DNA of 64,000 nucleotides from a candidate division TM6 bacterium GW2011_GWE2_36_25 (GTDB lineage Bacteria; Babelota; Babeliae; Babelales; UBA12409): NCBI GenBank assembly GCA_000991575.1, contig LBRU01000004.1, positions 8,909 to 72,908 of the forward strand, read 5' to 3'. Shown piece by piece: positions 37,027 to 46,155 of this stretch (position 1 is its first letter; each line of letters starts with the position of its first letter). The notes under the pieces were generated by a model. It saw only the letters and a program-made list of their open reading frames with translations, ran no database searches and was not told where the DNA came from. The position numbers and the translations under genes were made by a program.

Positions 37027-37467
37027 TCAAAAAGATTCTACTTGCCTTAATCTTTCGGCATAATGGCCACCTAAAAATTCAGAATCAAGCCATGCAAGCA
37101 CCAAGATAAGAGCCTGTTCATTATCTAAATAATCGGCAGGTAAAACAAGAACATTGGAACCATCTTCTCTTTTTGACCGACGCGCCACTTCCTCATTCCA
37201 GACCAATGCAGCGAAAATGCCTTTAAATCTATTGGCTGCAATCGACATTCCAATACCGGTTCCACATAATAAAATTCCACAATCAACATCATGCTTTTGT
37301 ACAAACCGTACAACTTTTTCTGCATATTGCGGATAATCAGTACGCTCATTATGCGAGGTACCAACATCAATCCAGGAAATCTTATGATCGCCAATATGAT
37401 CTAATGAAACTAAATATCTCTTAATTTCATAACCACGATGATCAGAACCTATTGCTATCTTTTTCAT
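37027..37467 (-). CDS. rpiB: ribose-5-phosphate isomerase B
   Basis: MKKIAIGSDHRGYEIK and GILLCGTGIGMSIAANR are the canonical RpiB/LacAB motifs. Confidence 0.92.
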   Translation of the reverse strand: MKKIAIGSDHRGYEIKRYLVSLDHIGDHKISWIDVGTSHNERTDYPQYAEKVVRFVQKHDVDCGILLCGTGIGMSIAANRFKGIFAALVWNEEVARRSKREDGSNVLVLPADYLDNEQALILVLAWLDSEFLGGHYAERLRQVESF

Positions 37468-37592
37468 TAAAACCCTTTTAAATTTTTATTATTATAAAAA
37501 AATTACTTCGACATTTACCAATAACCATCGCGTGAACGTCACTTTTCTGCTATGCTAATAGTAAATAAATCGGATAGAAAAAGAGAATTCTG

Positions 37593-38804
37593 ATGAGAAA
37601 CTTTTCACTTATGCTCGCATTGCGTTATGTATGGTCTGCAAATCGAGATCAATCAATTGCTACCATGATGCGTATCTGTTTTCTCGGAATTTTTCTTGGC
37701 ACCGTTGCACTCACACTCGTTTTTTGTATCATGCAAGGATTTGAAGTTGCAACACGAGAAAAACTTCAAGGCATTCACCCGATGATTATGATTCGTTCAG
37801 AAAATGCATTAAACTACAAAAAAATAAACAATGTTTTAACAAAAGAATTTCCGGAAATTAGCACTTCAGCGCCGACCGCACAACAATATGTTTCAATAAA
37901 AATTAACAATCAACAAAATCTCAATAATGTTATCTTGCTTAAAGGAATTGATCCACAAAAAGAACCTTGCGTAACGGCAGTTGAACAAAAAATCATTGAA
38001 CCAGAACATGGATCTTTTAGCAACGTGCTCGCTGAAAATCAGATTTTAATTGGCAAAAAGCTCGCAAACCAACTTGATCTCGACATTGGTGATCCCTTAA
38101 CAATTCTCTATTTAATCGAGGACAAAAACAAATTAGCCGAAGAAACGCTTACTGTTAACGGTCTATTTAATACCGGCATTGAAGAATTTGATTTATCATT
38201 GGGCATCATATCACTTAAAACTTTTAATGAACTGTTTCCACAAAAAGGAATCACTGAAATCGGCATCAAATTAAAAAACCCTAAAAAAGAGTCTGACGTT
38301 ATTGAAAAACTCAAAGATCGTTTGGATCTTGATGTCGTTTCATGGCATGAACTTTATCCCGCAATCGTATCGGCCCTCAAACTCGAAAAATATGCCATGT
38401 TTGTTGTCATTGCACTCATAACACTGGTAGCAAGCATGAATATTATCTCTCTTCTTTTTATGCAAATAACACAAAAAAGAAGTAACATCGCAATTTTACA
38501 AGCCAACGGATTACCATTTAAGGCCGTTCGTTCGATCTTTTTGTGGATTGGCCTCTGCATTGGATTGTGTGGCTCATTCATTGGCTTACTCACCGCTCTT
38601 ATAATTGGCATCATTTTAAAAACATATCCATTTATTCAATTGCCTGATGTTTATTACACTTCGCATCTTCCGATTATTCTTGATCCGTCTACCTTCATTA
38701 TGGTCTTTGCTGTGGTCATGGTGCTCGTTTTCTTTGCTACTATCATCCCATTACGCACCCTTAAGAAAATAAATATTGCTGAAGTATTACGATTTGAAGG
38801 TTAA
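37593..38804 (+). CDS. LolC/LolE-family lipoprotein-release ABC permease (FtsX/MacB-type)
   Basis: LALRYVWS N-terminus. TM1, then a large periplasmic domain, then 3 C-terminal TMs (the FtsX domain). 403 aa. Confidence 0.85.
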   Translation: MRNFSLMLALRYVWSANRDQSIATMMRICFLGIFLGTVALTLVFCIMQGFEVATREKLQGIHPMIMIRSENALNYKKINNVLTKEFPEISTSAPTAQQYVSIKINNQQNLNNVILLKGIDPQKEPCVTAVEQKIIEPEHGSFSNVLAENQILIGKKLANQLDLDIGDPLTILYLIEDKNKLAEETLTVNGLFNTGIEEFDLSLGIISLKTFNELFPQKGITEIGIKLKNPKKESDVIEKLKDRLDLDVVSWHELYPAIVSALKLEKYAMFVVIALITLVASMNIISLLFMQITQKRSNIAILQANGLPFKAVRSIFLWIGLCIGLCGSFIGLLTALIIGIILKTYPFIQLPDVYYTSHLPIILDPSTFIMVFAVVMVLVFFATIIPLRTLKKINIAEVLRFEG

Positions 38805-38885
38805 TTATTTGACAGATAAAAAATTTATTGCCATCAATAAAAGAAGCAATTGAAATAATATTTTAATATTACAAAGGAGTTGTAA

Positions 38886-39035
38886 ATGAAAAAGTTATTA
38901 TTATTCGTTGTCTGTGTTGCTGTTATTTTAACGACACCTGCTTGCAAATACTCATGTAAAAAAGAAGCTCCTGCAGCCCCTGCTCCAGCACCTATGCCAG
39001 CTCATATGCCTATGCCTGAACAACCAGCCAACTAA
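38886..39035 (+). CDS. small putative lipoprotein (49 aa, below the ORF-track cutoff), Pro/Ala-rich
   Basis: AGGAG lies 7 nt upstream of the ATG. MKKLLLFVVCVAVILTTPAC|K (lipobox-like) followed by APAAPAPAPMPAHMPMP. A strong terminator follows immediately. Confidence 0.6.
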   Translation: MKKLLLFVVCVAVILTTPACKYSCKKEAPAAPAPAPMPAHMPMPEQPAN

Positions 39036-39060
39036 TATATTTCTTTCTAAAATTATTTGT

Positions 39061-39094
39061 GGCCTGTGAAGTTATTTCTCACAGGCCCTTTTTT
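39061..39094 (+). terminator. rho-independent terminator
   Basis: GGCCTGTGA / TCACAGGCC 9-bp stem with a 9-nt loop, followed by C and T6. Confidence 0.8.
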
Positions 39095-39110
39095 ATTTTA
39101 AACTATCTTT

Positions 39111-40007
39111 ATGAACATCTGGCTATTTTTTATTATCATCGGAACATGTACAAGCTGCACACATCGACCACCATGGTTCACGTCACACAAAGCTGAAAAA
39201 TCATTATCCGAAAAACCCTTTGTTATTATCGTTCCTTCATACAACAATCGGGAATGGTATGAATACAACCTCTCATCGGTACTTTTACAAAAATATAAAA
39301 ATTATCGCATTATTTATATCGATGATAATTCATCAGATCAAACAGGTTGTTACGTACAAGCGTTTATTAAAAAACACAAGATCAAAAATATAACGTTCAT
39401 TCAAAACAGACAAAGAGTTGGCGCACTTGCTAATATCTGGCACAGTATTCAATTGACCACTGATCATGAAATTATCATTAATCTTGACGGGGATGATTGG
39501 TTTTCACATGATCAGGTGCTCAAGTATCTTAATAAAATTTATCAATCTCCCAACGTGTGGCTCACTTATGGACAATTTCAAAATTGGCCAACAAAAAAAA
39601 ATGGATGGTGCAAGGAAATCCCTCAAGAAATTATTGCACAAAATAATTTTCGTTCACACGGCTTTTGTTTTGCGCAACCACGAACGTATTACGCATGGCT
39701 CGCAAAAAAAATAAAAAATGAAGACCTTATCGATGAACAAACTAAAACTTTTTATAAAGTAGCAGGCGACGTCGCTTTAATGTTTCCGCTTGTGGAAATG
39801 GCAGGTTTACATATAAAATTTATTAATGAAATTCTTTGTGTACGCAATGTAAAAAATCCACTTAATGATTTTAAAATCAATCTTGAAGAACAATTAAACA
39901 TTACACAACTCATTGCAAATCAACCATCCTATAAACCTCTAACAAATGTTAGAGAAGTTGCAAATTATGACGGAACAATTATGGGTTCTTTCCCCATTTC
40001 AACATAA
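39111..40007 (+). CDS. family 2 glycosyltransferase
   Basis: FVIIVPSYNNREW...YRIIYIDDNSSDQT (GT-A N-terminus) and the DxD-type NLDGDDWF. Hydrophobic, Cys-containing N-terminus. Confidence 0.8.
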   Translation: MNIWLFFIIIGTCTSCTHRPPWFTSHKAEKSLSEKPFVIIVPSYNNREWYEYNLSSVLLQKYKNYRIIYIDDNSSDQTGCYVQAFIKKHKIKNITFIQNRQRVGALANIWHSIQLTTDHEIIINLDGDDWFSHDQVLKYLNKIYQSPNVWLTYGQFQNWPTKKNGWCKEIPQEIIAQNNFRSHGFCFAQPRTYYAWLAKKIKNEDLIDEQTKTFYKVAGDVALMFPLVEMAGLHIKFINEILCVRNVKNPLNDFKINLEEQLNITQLIANQPSYKPLTNVREVANYDGTIMGSFPIST

Positions 40008-43000
40008 GGAGCTAACGCTTCTTCTCCCCGGCGCTCATAATCTTCTAATAAAGTAACTATGTGAGATTGATCTCTTTCGCGCGCATAATTCAATGCTCTT
40101 TTCATATCTAAGTTTTCTTGCAATTTTGTCGCTTCTTGTAATAATGCAACAACCATATCGGGAGCGCCACTTCTCACTGCATATAGTAATGCATCAGCCC
40201 CATCGGTGTCTTTTACATCAAGACGTGCACCGTTTTTAATCAAATAATCTAGAAAATTTTTGTTGCCTATATATGCTGCATACATCAGTATTGTACCTCC
40301 AAATGAATCTTGGCAATTATCAATGCCTTTTTTAGCAAACTCATTGAGAATTTCACTATCATTCTGTTTTATTGCATCAAATAAAGGTTTATTCCATTCT
40401 TCTTCTGGACGATCACCTTCACACCGTTCAATTTTCAACTCAGACTTTTCCTTTTTAAAATATTCATCAAGAGCTTTTTCTCCATGTAAATTAAAGTCTT
40501 CTAATAATGCAGCAACACCTGGATTTTCATTACTCTGTGCATAATCTAATGCCGTAAGTTCTTTATTACTTCGCAAACTTACATCAGCACCCTTATCAAG
40601 CAATAATGCTACAATATCTTCATAACCTTTAGCTGCAGCCCAAATTAATGATGTGTCGCCATATTCATTTTGTATATTTACATCAATACGAGGATCTGCA
40701 AGCAATAATTGAACCATATCTTTATTACCATTATCAGCTACATACATTAAGGCTGTAAGTTCATTCCTTTGTATATTTACATCAGCACCCTGCTTAAGCA
40801 ATTCTTCAGCCGCTTCTTTATCATTATCTTCTACTGCCTTAAAAAACTGATCATCTAACTCTTTTTGCTTTTTTTGTTTTATAAGATCTTGGATCTTTGC
40901 ATCCTTTGCAACATCTAATACCGTAAATCCTGTCTTGCCTTTCAGATTTAGATCAGCCCCTCTATCAAGTAATAACTTAACTATATCTTCATCCCCTTTA
41001 AATGCGGCAATCAGCAATGGTGTATCATTTGTATTATATAAATTTACATTTGCACCTTTATCAAGTAATAACTCAACGATATCTTTATAACCTTTCGATG
41101 CTGCCCAATGCAAAGCTGCATTATTATCTTTGTTTTGCAGATTTGCATCCGCGCCATTATCAAGTAATAATTGAACAATATTTTTATCACCTTTCATTGC
41201 TGCGGTCATTAATGCCGTATTACCATCTTCATTTTGTAAATTTGCATCTGCACCACCATCAAGCAATAATTCAACAACATCCTTATCACCTTTACGCACT
41301 GCCACAATTAATGCCGTATCACCCTTTTTATCTTGCTGATTAATCTCCTTCTTAAATAATACCAACATTGTTTCCGGCAGATTTTTAAATTCACTCAAAA
41401 TCTTTTTTTGCTCATCTTTACTTAAACACATCAAACTTGATATACCAACTGAACCGGCAGATGCAATATTAATCAGGATATTTTGAATTCCTTCATTACT
41501 TGGAACAACATCTGAATGAATATTATACTTCAAAAGTAATTCTCTAAATGGAGAGCTTTTTTTCTGTTCAAATCTTCTTTCAAACAAATTAAAAGCAGAA
41601 GAAAATCTTTCCTTTTCAGTACGTGCACATACAGACATAAAACTTCTTTCAAAAAGACCATCAACAAGCACCTGTTGCTGAATTTTTTGCAAAGTCTGTG
41701 TATATTGTTTTTCATTTTTGATATCTGTATATATCTTTACCGGAATGTATGAAATAACATCTCCATCTTGAAGTAATTTCCATACATAAATATCTCGCGG
41801 ATATGTATCGATTATCGAAAAAGCAACATAACCAAGACACGCTAACGACTCTGGAAAAATAATAATTTTTACATCATAAAGAGTTTCACTCTCCTTTTCT
41901 ATTTTGAAAGGAAGTTTTCCAAATATACCATCATCTATTTTTCCGGTAATCGTATTAATGTTCGCTATTTTGAAAAAGGCTGTTTTCTTGTTTGCATCAA
42001 AAAGAGAATCTCCTAATATATCAGCAAGATCTCCCGAACTTTCAATCGTCTTAATTGTCTGTTCAGTCATTTCTCCCGGCGCAATTAATTTAATTTTAGC
42101 TTTACGAGGATATTTAATTATAATTGGCTCATCACGATGCTCTTCCCTTATTTTGAAAATATCAAAAACGTATCCACGTTTAAATTCAGGTTGCAACAAT
42201 TTAAAATATCCCTCCTCAGGGATAAATATGAGACCATCAGCAAAAACATCCAATTCCAATAAATTTACTGCATAAGCAGCATTTCTCATAATTGATGCAG
42301 GAATGCTCTCGCCATTTCGAATTAAGTCAAGATAATGGAAAATCTCTCTAAATTGAGCTATTCTTGACGTCGCAGAAATTGATTCATCTGCAAGTGCTGC
42401 TGATATTAAAATTCCGGGATTAAAATCTTTTTTAAATGTTTTAATAATTTTAATAATTTGTTGAAGTGATTCTGCATTGAGTCCACCACCATGACATGAA
42501 AACCATAATACTACATTTAATTTAATTTTGTTCCCCCATCCCTCAATCAACTTAATAAACTGATCAGAAGGAAAACCTGCAATGAAAGCACCACTTCCCT
42601 TTAATGAAAGCGCTGCTGCCATTCTTCCATATTTAATACTTGTCATACCATGTCCAAGCAATATGATATTCCATTCTAATGGATTTTCAGGATCATATTT
42701 CTGAAATAGTGATAAAATAGTTTGTACTGCTTTACTTGCTGGTTCAGAAGCTGCTTCTAGTTTTTCTATAACAGTAGATAAATCTTTTTTTTCAAATTTT
42801 TGCAGTTTTTTTAAATTGATCCCATGTTGTTTATGGGTTTCTAAATACTTTTTTGGCATGAATAATACAAATGGCTCAGGTTCATATATTACATACAAAT
42901 CCCACTCATCTTCCTTAAAATTATTCTTTATTGCATTACGCACCAATGTAAGACCCACTGATTTATACACCGTATCATCTGGATTTTGAATAAAATAAAG

Positions 43001-43585
43001 AATTACCTGAGCTATCTTCCCATTTGCTAAAAACGGTTCTGATCCTGCATAAATTAATCCTTTTAGCTGCTGAGAAATAGCACTATTTTCAGCCATCGAA
43101 TAATTATCATCAGATAATGCTGCAGTATGATCATACACAATTACCATATGAGCAATATGAACCCATTCTTTGAGAACTTTAACTATCTCTTTTTTTTGAG
43201 CAATTTCTAATGCAGTTTTTTCTTCATCGTTCTTTAGACTTACATCGGCTCCATGCTTAAGAAGCAAATTCACAATCGGTTCACTCCCTACCTGCGCAGC
43301 ATACATTAATGGGGAAAATCCCAATTCATCTTTCGCATTTACATACGCACCACGATCAAGTAATAATTCAACGAGTGGTAAAAGCTGAGATTCCGCCGCA
43401 ATCATTAATGGCGTACGCCACTGTTCATCACGAACATCTACATTTTCGCCCGCGTCAAGCAATTTCAAAACCTCGGCTTGATCACCGCGCCTGGTCGCTT
43501 CTATTAACAAGCTTTCTTCATAATCCGGTTCCATACCTAATAAACCAACGGTAAAAACAACTAAGAAAAGTTTTAATATACTCAT
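39965..43585 (-). CDS. 1206-aa secreted ankyrin-repeat protein with a central non-ANK domain carrying a His/Cys dyad
   Basis: Signal peptide present. About 3 N-terminal and at least 10 C-terminal ANK units (GDTALIVAVRKGDKDVVELLLDGGADANLQNEDGNTALMTAA...). The central ~600 aa contain WNIILLGHG (His312) and NVVLWFSCHGGG (Cys364). Confidence 0.85.
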   Translation of the reverse strand: MSILKLFLVVFTVGLLGMEPDYEESLLIEATRRGDQAEVLKLLDAGENVDVRDEQWRTPLMIAAESQLLPLVELLLDRGAYVNAKDELGFSPLMYAAQVGSEPIVNLLLKHGADVSLKNDEEKTALEIAQKKEIVKVLKEWVHIAHMVIVYDHTAALSDDNYSMAENSAISQQLKGLIYAGSEPFLANGKIAQVILYFIQNPDDTVYKSVGLTLVRNAIKNNFKEDEWDLYVIYEPEPFVLFMPKKYLETHKQHGINLKKLQKFEKKDLSTVIEKLEAASEPASKAVQTILSLFQKYDPENPLEWNIILLGHGMTSIKYGRMAAALSLKGSGAFIAGFPSDQFIKLIEGWGNKIKLNVVLWFSCHGGGLNAESLQQIIKIIKTFKKDFNPGILISAALADESISATSRIAQFREIFHYLDLIRNGESIPASIMRNAAYAVNLLELDVFADGLIFIPEEGYFKLLQPEFKRGYVFDIFKIREEHRDEPIIIKYPRKAKIKLIAPGEMTEQTIKTIESSGDLADILGDSLFDANKKTAFFKIANINTITGKIDDGIFGKLPFKIEKESETLYDVKIIIFPESLACLGYVAFSIIDTYPRDIYVWKLLQDGDVISYIPVKIYTDIKNEKQYTQTLQKIQQQVLVDGLFERSFMSVCARTEKERFSSAFNLFERRFEQKKSSPFRELLLKYNIHSDVVPSNEGIQNILINIASAGSVGISSLMCLSKDEQKKILSEFKNLPETMLVLFKKEINQQDKKGDTALIVAVRKGDKDVVELLLDGGADANLQNEDGNTALMTAAMKGDKNIVQLLLDNGADANLQNKDNNAALHWAASKGYKDIVELLLDKGANVNLYNTNDTPLLIAAFKGDEDIVKLLLDRGADLNLKGKTGFTVLDVAKDAKIQDLIKQKKQKELDDQFFKAVEDNDKEAAEELLKQGADVNIQRNELTALMYVADNGNKDMVQLLLADPRIDVNIQNEYGDTSLIWAAAKGYEDIVALLLDKGADVSLRSNKELTALDYAQSNENPGVAALLEDFNLHGEKALDEYFKKEKSELKIERCEGDRPEEEWNKPLFDAIKQNDSEILNEFAKKGIDNCQDSFGGTILMYAAYIGNKNFLDYLIKNGARLDVKDTDGADALLYAVRSGAPDMVVALLQEATKLQENLDMKRALNYARERDQSHIVTLLEDYERRGEEALAPYVEMGKEPIIVPS

Positions 43586-43769
43586 CTCTCTTCCCTAAAA
43601 CTTTTCTTATGTATTAAAATTTTTTCTTTAATAAAATCAATAAAAAACATTTAAATGTAATAAAAAATTGATCTTCTGCTGAGAATCTATGATTCTTCTG
43701 TTTTTCGCTTCTTTATCATGTTCGCTTCATCCTTCTTGAAAAAATTATATGTTATGATTAACTGTCTCT

Positions 43770-44954
43770 ATGAATAAAAAACCACCGTATTACATCACAT
43801 CGGCATTGCCCCATTTAAATCTTAAAGATCAAAAAATTTTGTTGCGAGCCGATCTTAATGTTCCATTAAAAAATGGAATTATCTTAAATGATTTTAGACT
43901 TAAAGCAATCCAACCAACGCTCAATCTTCTGCTTAAAAAAGAAGCCCACATATTACTCGTTACTCATATTGGACAACCAGAAAAGAGAGATCAAAATCTT
44001 TCAACAAAACATTTATTACTATGGTTCAAAGAACATAATTATACTATTTCGTTTGCAGCCACCTTGGCTGATGCAAAAAAATTATTAGATAAAAATAATT
44101 CAATCGTTTTATTGGAAAATATCCGTTTCTGGTCAGAAGAAAAAAACAACGATATCACATTTGCTACAGAATTAAAAAATTTAACCGACTTTTATGTAAT
44201 GGATGCTTTTGGCGTCGCACATCGTGATGATATGAGTGTTTCTCTATTACCCACTTTATATAAACCAGAAAAAAGAACTATTGGTCTTCTTGTCGAAAAA
44301 GAACTTTCAGAATTAAACTCTCTTTTAATATCACCTCAACAACCTTTTCTCCTCATGTTTGGTGGTGCAAAACTTAAAACGAAATTACCACTTATTAACC
44401 ATCTCTTAGATAAAATTGATGCGTGTGCACTTTTACCCGCATTATCATATACTTTTCAAAAAGCATTGGGCTTTTCGCTTGGCAACTCATTAATAGAAGA
44501 AAACTTTATTTCTGAAGCACAAAAAACATTAAAAGAGGCCCAAACCCATAATAAAAAAATTTTATTACCATCGGACTATCTTGTTGGATCTGATTGGAAC
44601 AAAGATCTTCACTATTGCGCTGCCGATCAAATAAAAGCACATGAAATGGGATTAAGCATTGGACCAAAAACAGTTAAAAAATATCTGCCATTTATGATCA
44701 ATGCTCAAACCATTTTTATTAATGGACTACCAGGAGACTTAAAATATCCCGATACGCTTAAAGAAACAAAAAATTTATTTGATATTTTTTGTAAAACTTC
44801 AGGAAAAAAAATAGCTGCGGGAGGCGATACCGTTGCAGCCATTCAAGAATTTAAGCTTGATCACTGTTTCGATTTTCTTTCGACGGGCGGCGGCGCAACA
44901 CTTACGTATCTCAGCGGATTAGAACTACCAGGACTACTTCCCTTCATTTCATAA
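43770..44954 (+). CDS. pgk: phosphoglycerate kinase
   Basis: LLRADLNVPLKNG...ND.RLKAIQPTL, LVTHIGQP, LENIRFW and GGGATLTYL (hinge and C-terminal motifs). Confidence 0.93.
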   Translation: MNKKPPYYITSALPHLNLKDQKILLRADLNVPLKNGIILNDFRLKAIQPTLNLLLKKEAHILLVTHIGQPEKRDQNLSTKHLLLWFKEHNYTISFAATLADAKKLLDKNNSIVLLENIRFWSEEKNNDITFATELKNLTDFYVMDAFGVAHRDDMSVSLLPTLYKPEKRTIGLLVEKELSELNSLLISPQQPFLLMFGGAKLKTKLPLINHLLDKIDACALLPALSYTFQKALGFSLGNSLIEENFISEAQKTLKEAQTHNKKILLPSDYLVGSDWNKDLHYCAADQIKAHEMGLSIGPKTVKKYLPFMINAQTIFINGLPGDLKYPDTLKETKNLFDIFCKTSGKKIAAGGDTVAAIQEFKLDHCFDFLSTGGGATLTYLSGLELPGLLPFIS

Positions 44955-44986
44955 AAAAAGGGCCGATTTTTCAGCCCTTAATTTTT
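44953..44986. terminator. bidirectional terminator between pgk and the Lys-rich lipoprotein gene
   Basis: AAGGGC / GCCCTT stem with a 10-nt loop, flanked by A7 upstream and T5 downstream. Confidence 0.55.
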
Positions 44987-45000
44987 AGTCACGCAATTAC

Positions 45001-45210
45001 TTACATAACTTTTGCTGGTTCAGCAACCTTAGGTGCTTTAACCTTTGCAGCTTTTTTAACTTTTTTAGCTTTCTTTACACGAGGAGCTTTAACTTTCTTA
45101 ACTTTTGCAGTCTTTTCTACTTTAGCTGGAGCTTTATCTTTTTTCTTGCAACCTGAACCACTCACAGCTAAGGCGCCAACGACTAAAAGCAGCCACAATG
45201 CACGTTTCAT
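45001..45210 (-). CDS. small lipoprotein-like protein with a Lys/Ala/Pro/Val-rich (histone-H1-tail-like) mature region
   Basis: Start at Met13, preceded by AGGGGA. MKRALWLLLVVGALAVSGSGC|KKK, then KVKKVKAPRVKKAKKVKKAAKVKAPKV. Confidence 0.6.
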   Translation of the reverse strand: MKRALWLLLVVGALAVSGSGCKKKDKAPAKVEKTAKVKKVKAPRVKKAKKVKKAAKVKAPKVAEPAKVM

Positions 45211-45290
45211 ATTAATCCCCTTTACATTCGGTTTACTATCTCCCAAAACATCTTAACATCAGAATTATAAAATATACAAGACTATTCTTT

Positions 45291-45446
45291 TCATTTAGCC
45301 TTAGATTTAGTAGGTTGTCGATGTTTATCGCGGTTGATTTGAGCTTTATGGTGTTCACAAAATCCAGCTGTTAATTTTTTAAATTGTGCATTACGTCGAT
45401 TCTTAAATTTATTTCTTGCTTTAAAACGAATTCGTTGCGTTTTCAT
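45291..45446 (-). CDS. small highly basic protein (51 aa, below the ORF-track cutoff), unknown function
   Basis: Perfect AGGAGG lies 6 nt upstream of the ATG. MKTQRIRFKARNKFKNRRNAQFKKLTAGFCEHHKAQINRDKHRQPTKSKAK. Not matched to any ribosomal protein I know. Confidence 0.55.
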   Translation of the reverse strand: MKTQRIRFKARNKFKNRRNAQFKKLTAGFCEHHKAQINRDKHRQPTKSKAK

Positions 45447-45464
45447 AATCCTCCTACTTAAAAT

Positions 45465-45998
45465 TTAACGTATTGCACAAAAACCTAACAAATATAATGT
45501 ATTAATAAAATGTTCATCAAAAACATCATCGGAAAGATTCGCCTTTTCGTAAATTATTAACCCATAATTGTAATGTTTCAAATCCCAATTACACCATGCA
45601 GGATTTTTAAAATTTAATTGGGGAGCAATTTCAGAAACAATATGTTCATGCATATGGTTATTGCCTTTAACACTCTCTATAAAAATTTCGCGGACCTTTT
45701 TATTAAATGGCGATTCATCCATAAATGCACTAAATTGTTCAGGATTCTCCCACAGTGTATCACCTTTTTCCTGCACTTCATCACGACAAAATCCTGCAAC
45801 TCCCTTTAACTGATTAAAATCGGGATTGTCTACGAAATAAGCTGCACGAAGAATATTAAAACAATTCTCATCACAAATATCATGTAAAATAAATTCTGGA
45901 ACATTGTCCAGTTCATGAACGGTCATAATTTTACGGGGAAGGCTACTTAAACATTGTAGCACTCGTTGATGTCTCTTCATCTCATTATTGCTATTCAT
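45465..45998 (-). CDS. hypothetical protein
   Basis: Start ATG 45998 follows GGAG. 177 aa with no recognised motifs. Confidence 0.5.
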   Translation of the reverse strand: MNSNNEMKRHQRVLQCLSSLPRKIMTVHELDNVPEFILHDICDENCFNILRAAYFVDNPDFNQLKGVAGFCRDEVQEKGDTLWENPEQFSAFMDESPFNKKVREIFIESVKGNNHMHEHIVSEIAPQLNFKNPAWCNWDLKHYNYGLIIYEKANLSDDVFDEHFINTLYLLGFCAIR

Positions 45999-46155
45999 AC
46001 AATCTCCTTCCAGCAACCAATCAGTTTTTTCCCGCTGTCTGTCGTTATCATATCAGATGATTTAATAAAAAATCAACAACTCTTTCGCAGAAAACTTGTA
46101 TTCTGCTCCTGATCATTGTTAAAGTCTCAGTAAAGATAAAAAATGAGGAGCGTAG

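Noticed and set aside
37125-37394. 89-aa ORF on the same strand as rpiB in another frame.
   Set aside because: It is fully nested in rpiB, whose frame carries the canonical RpiB motifs. There is no independent start context.
45001-45210. Histone H1/Hc1-like nucleoid protein.
   Set aside because: The Lys/Ala/Pro-rich tail resembles H1. However, the protein begins with a hydrophobic signal and a Cys lipobox-like site, so it is more likely an exported lipoprotein than a DNA-binding nucleoid protein.
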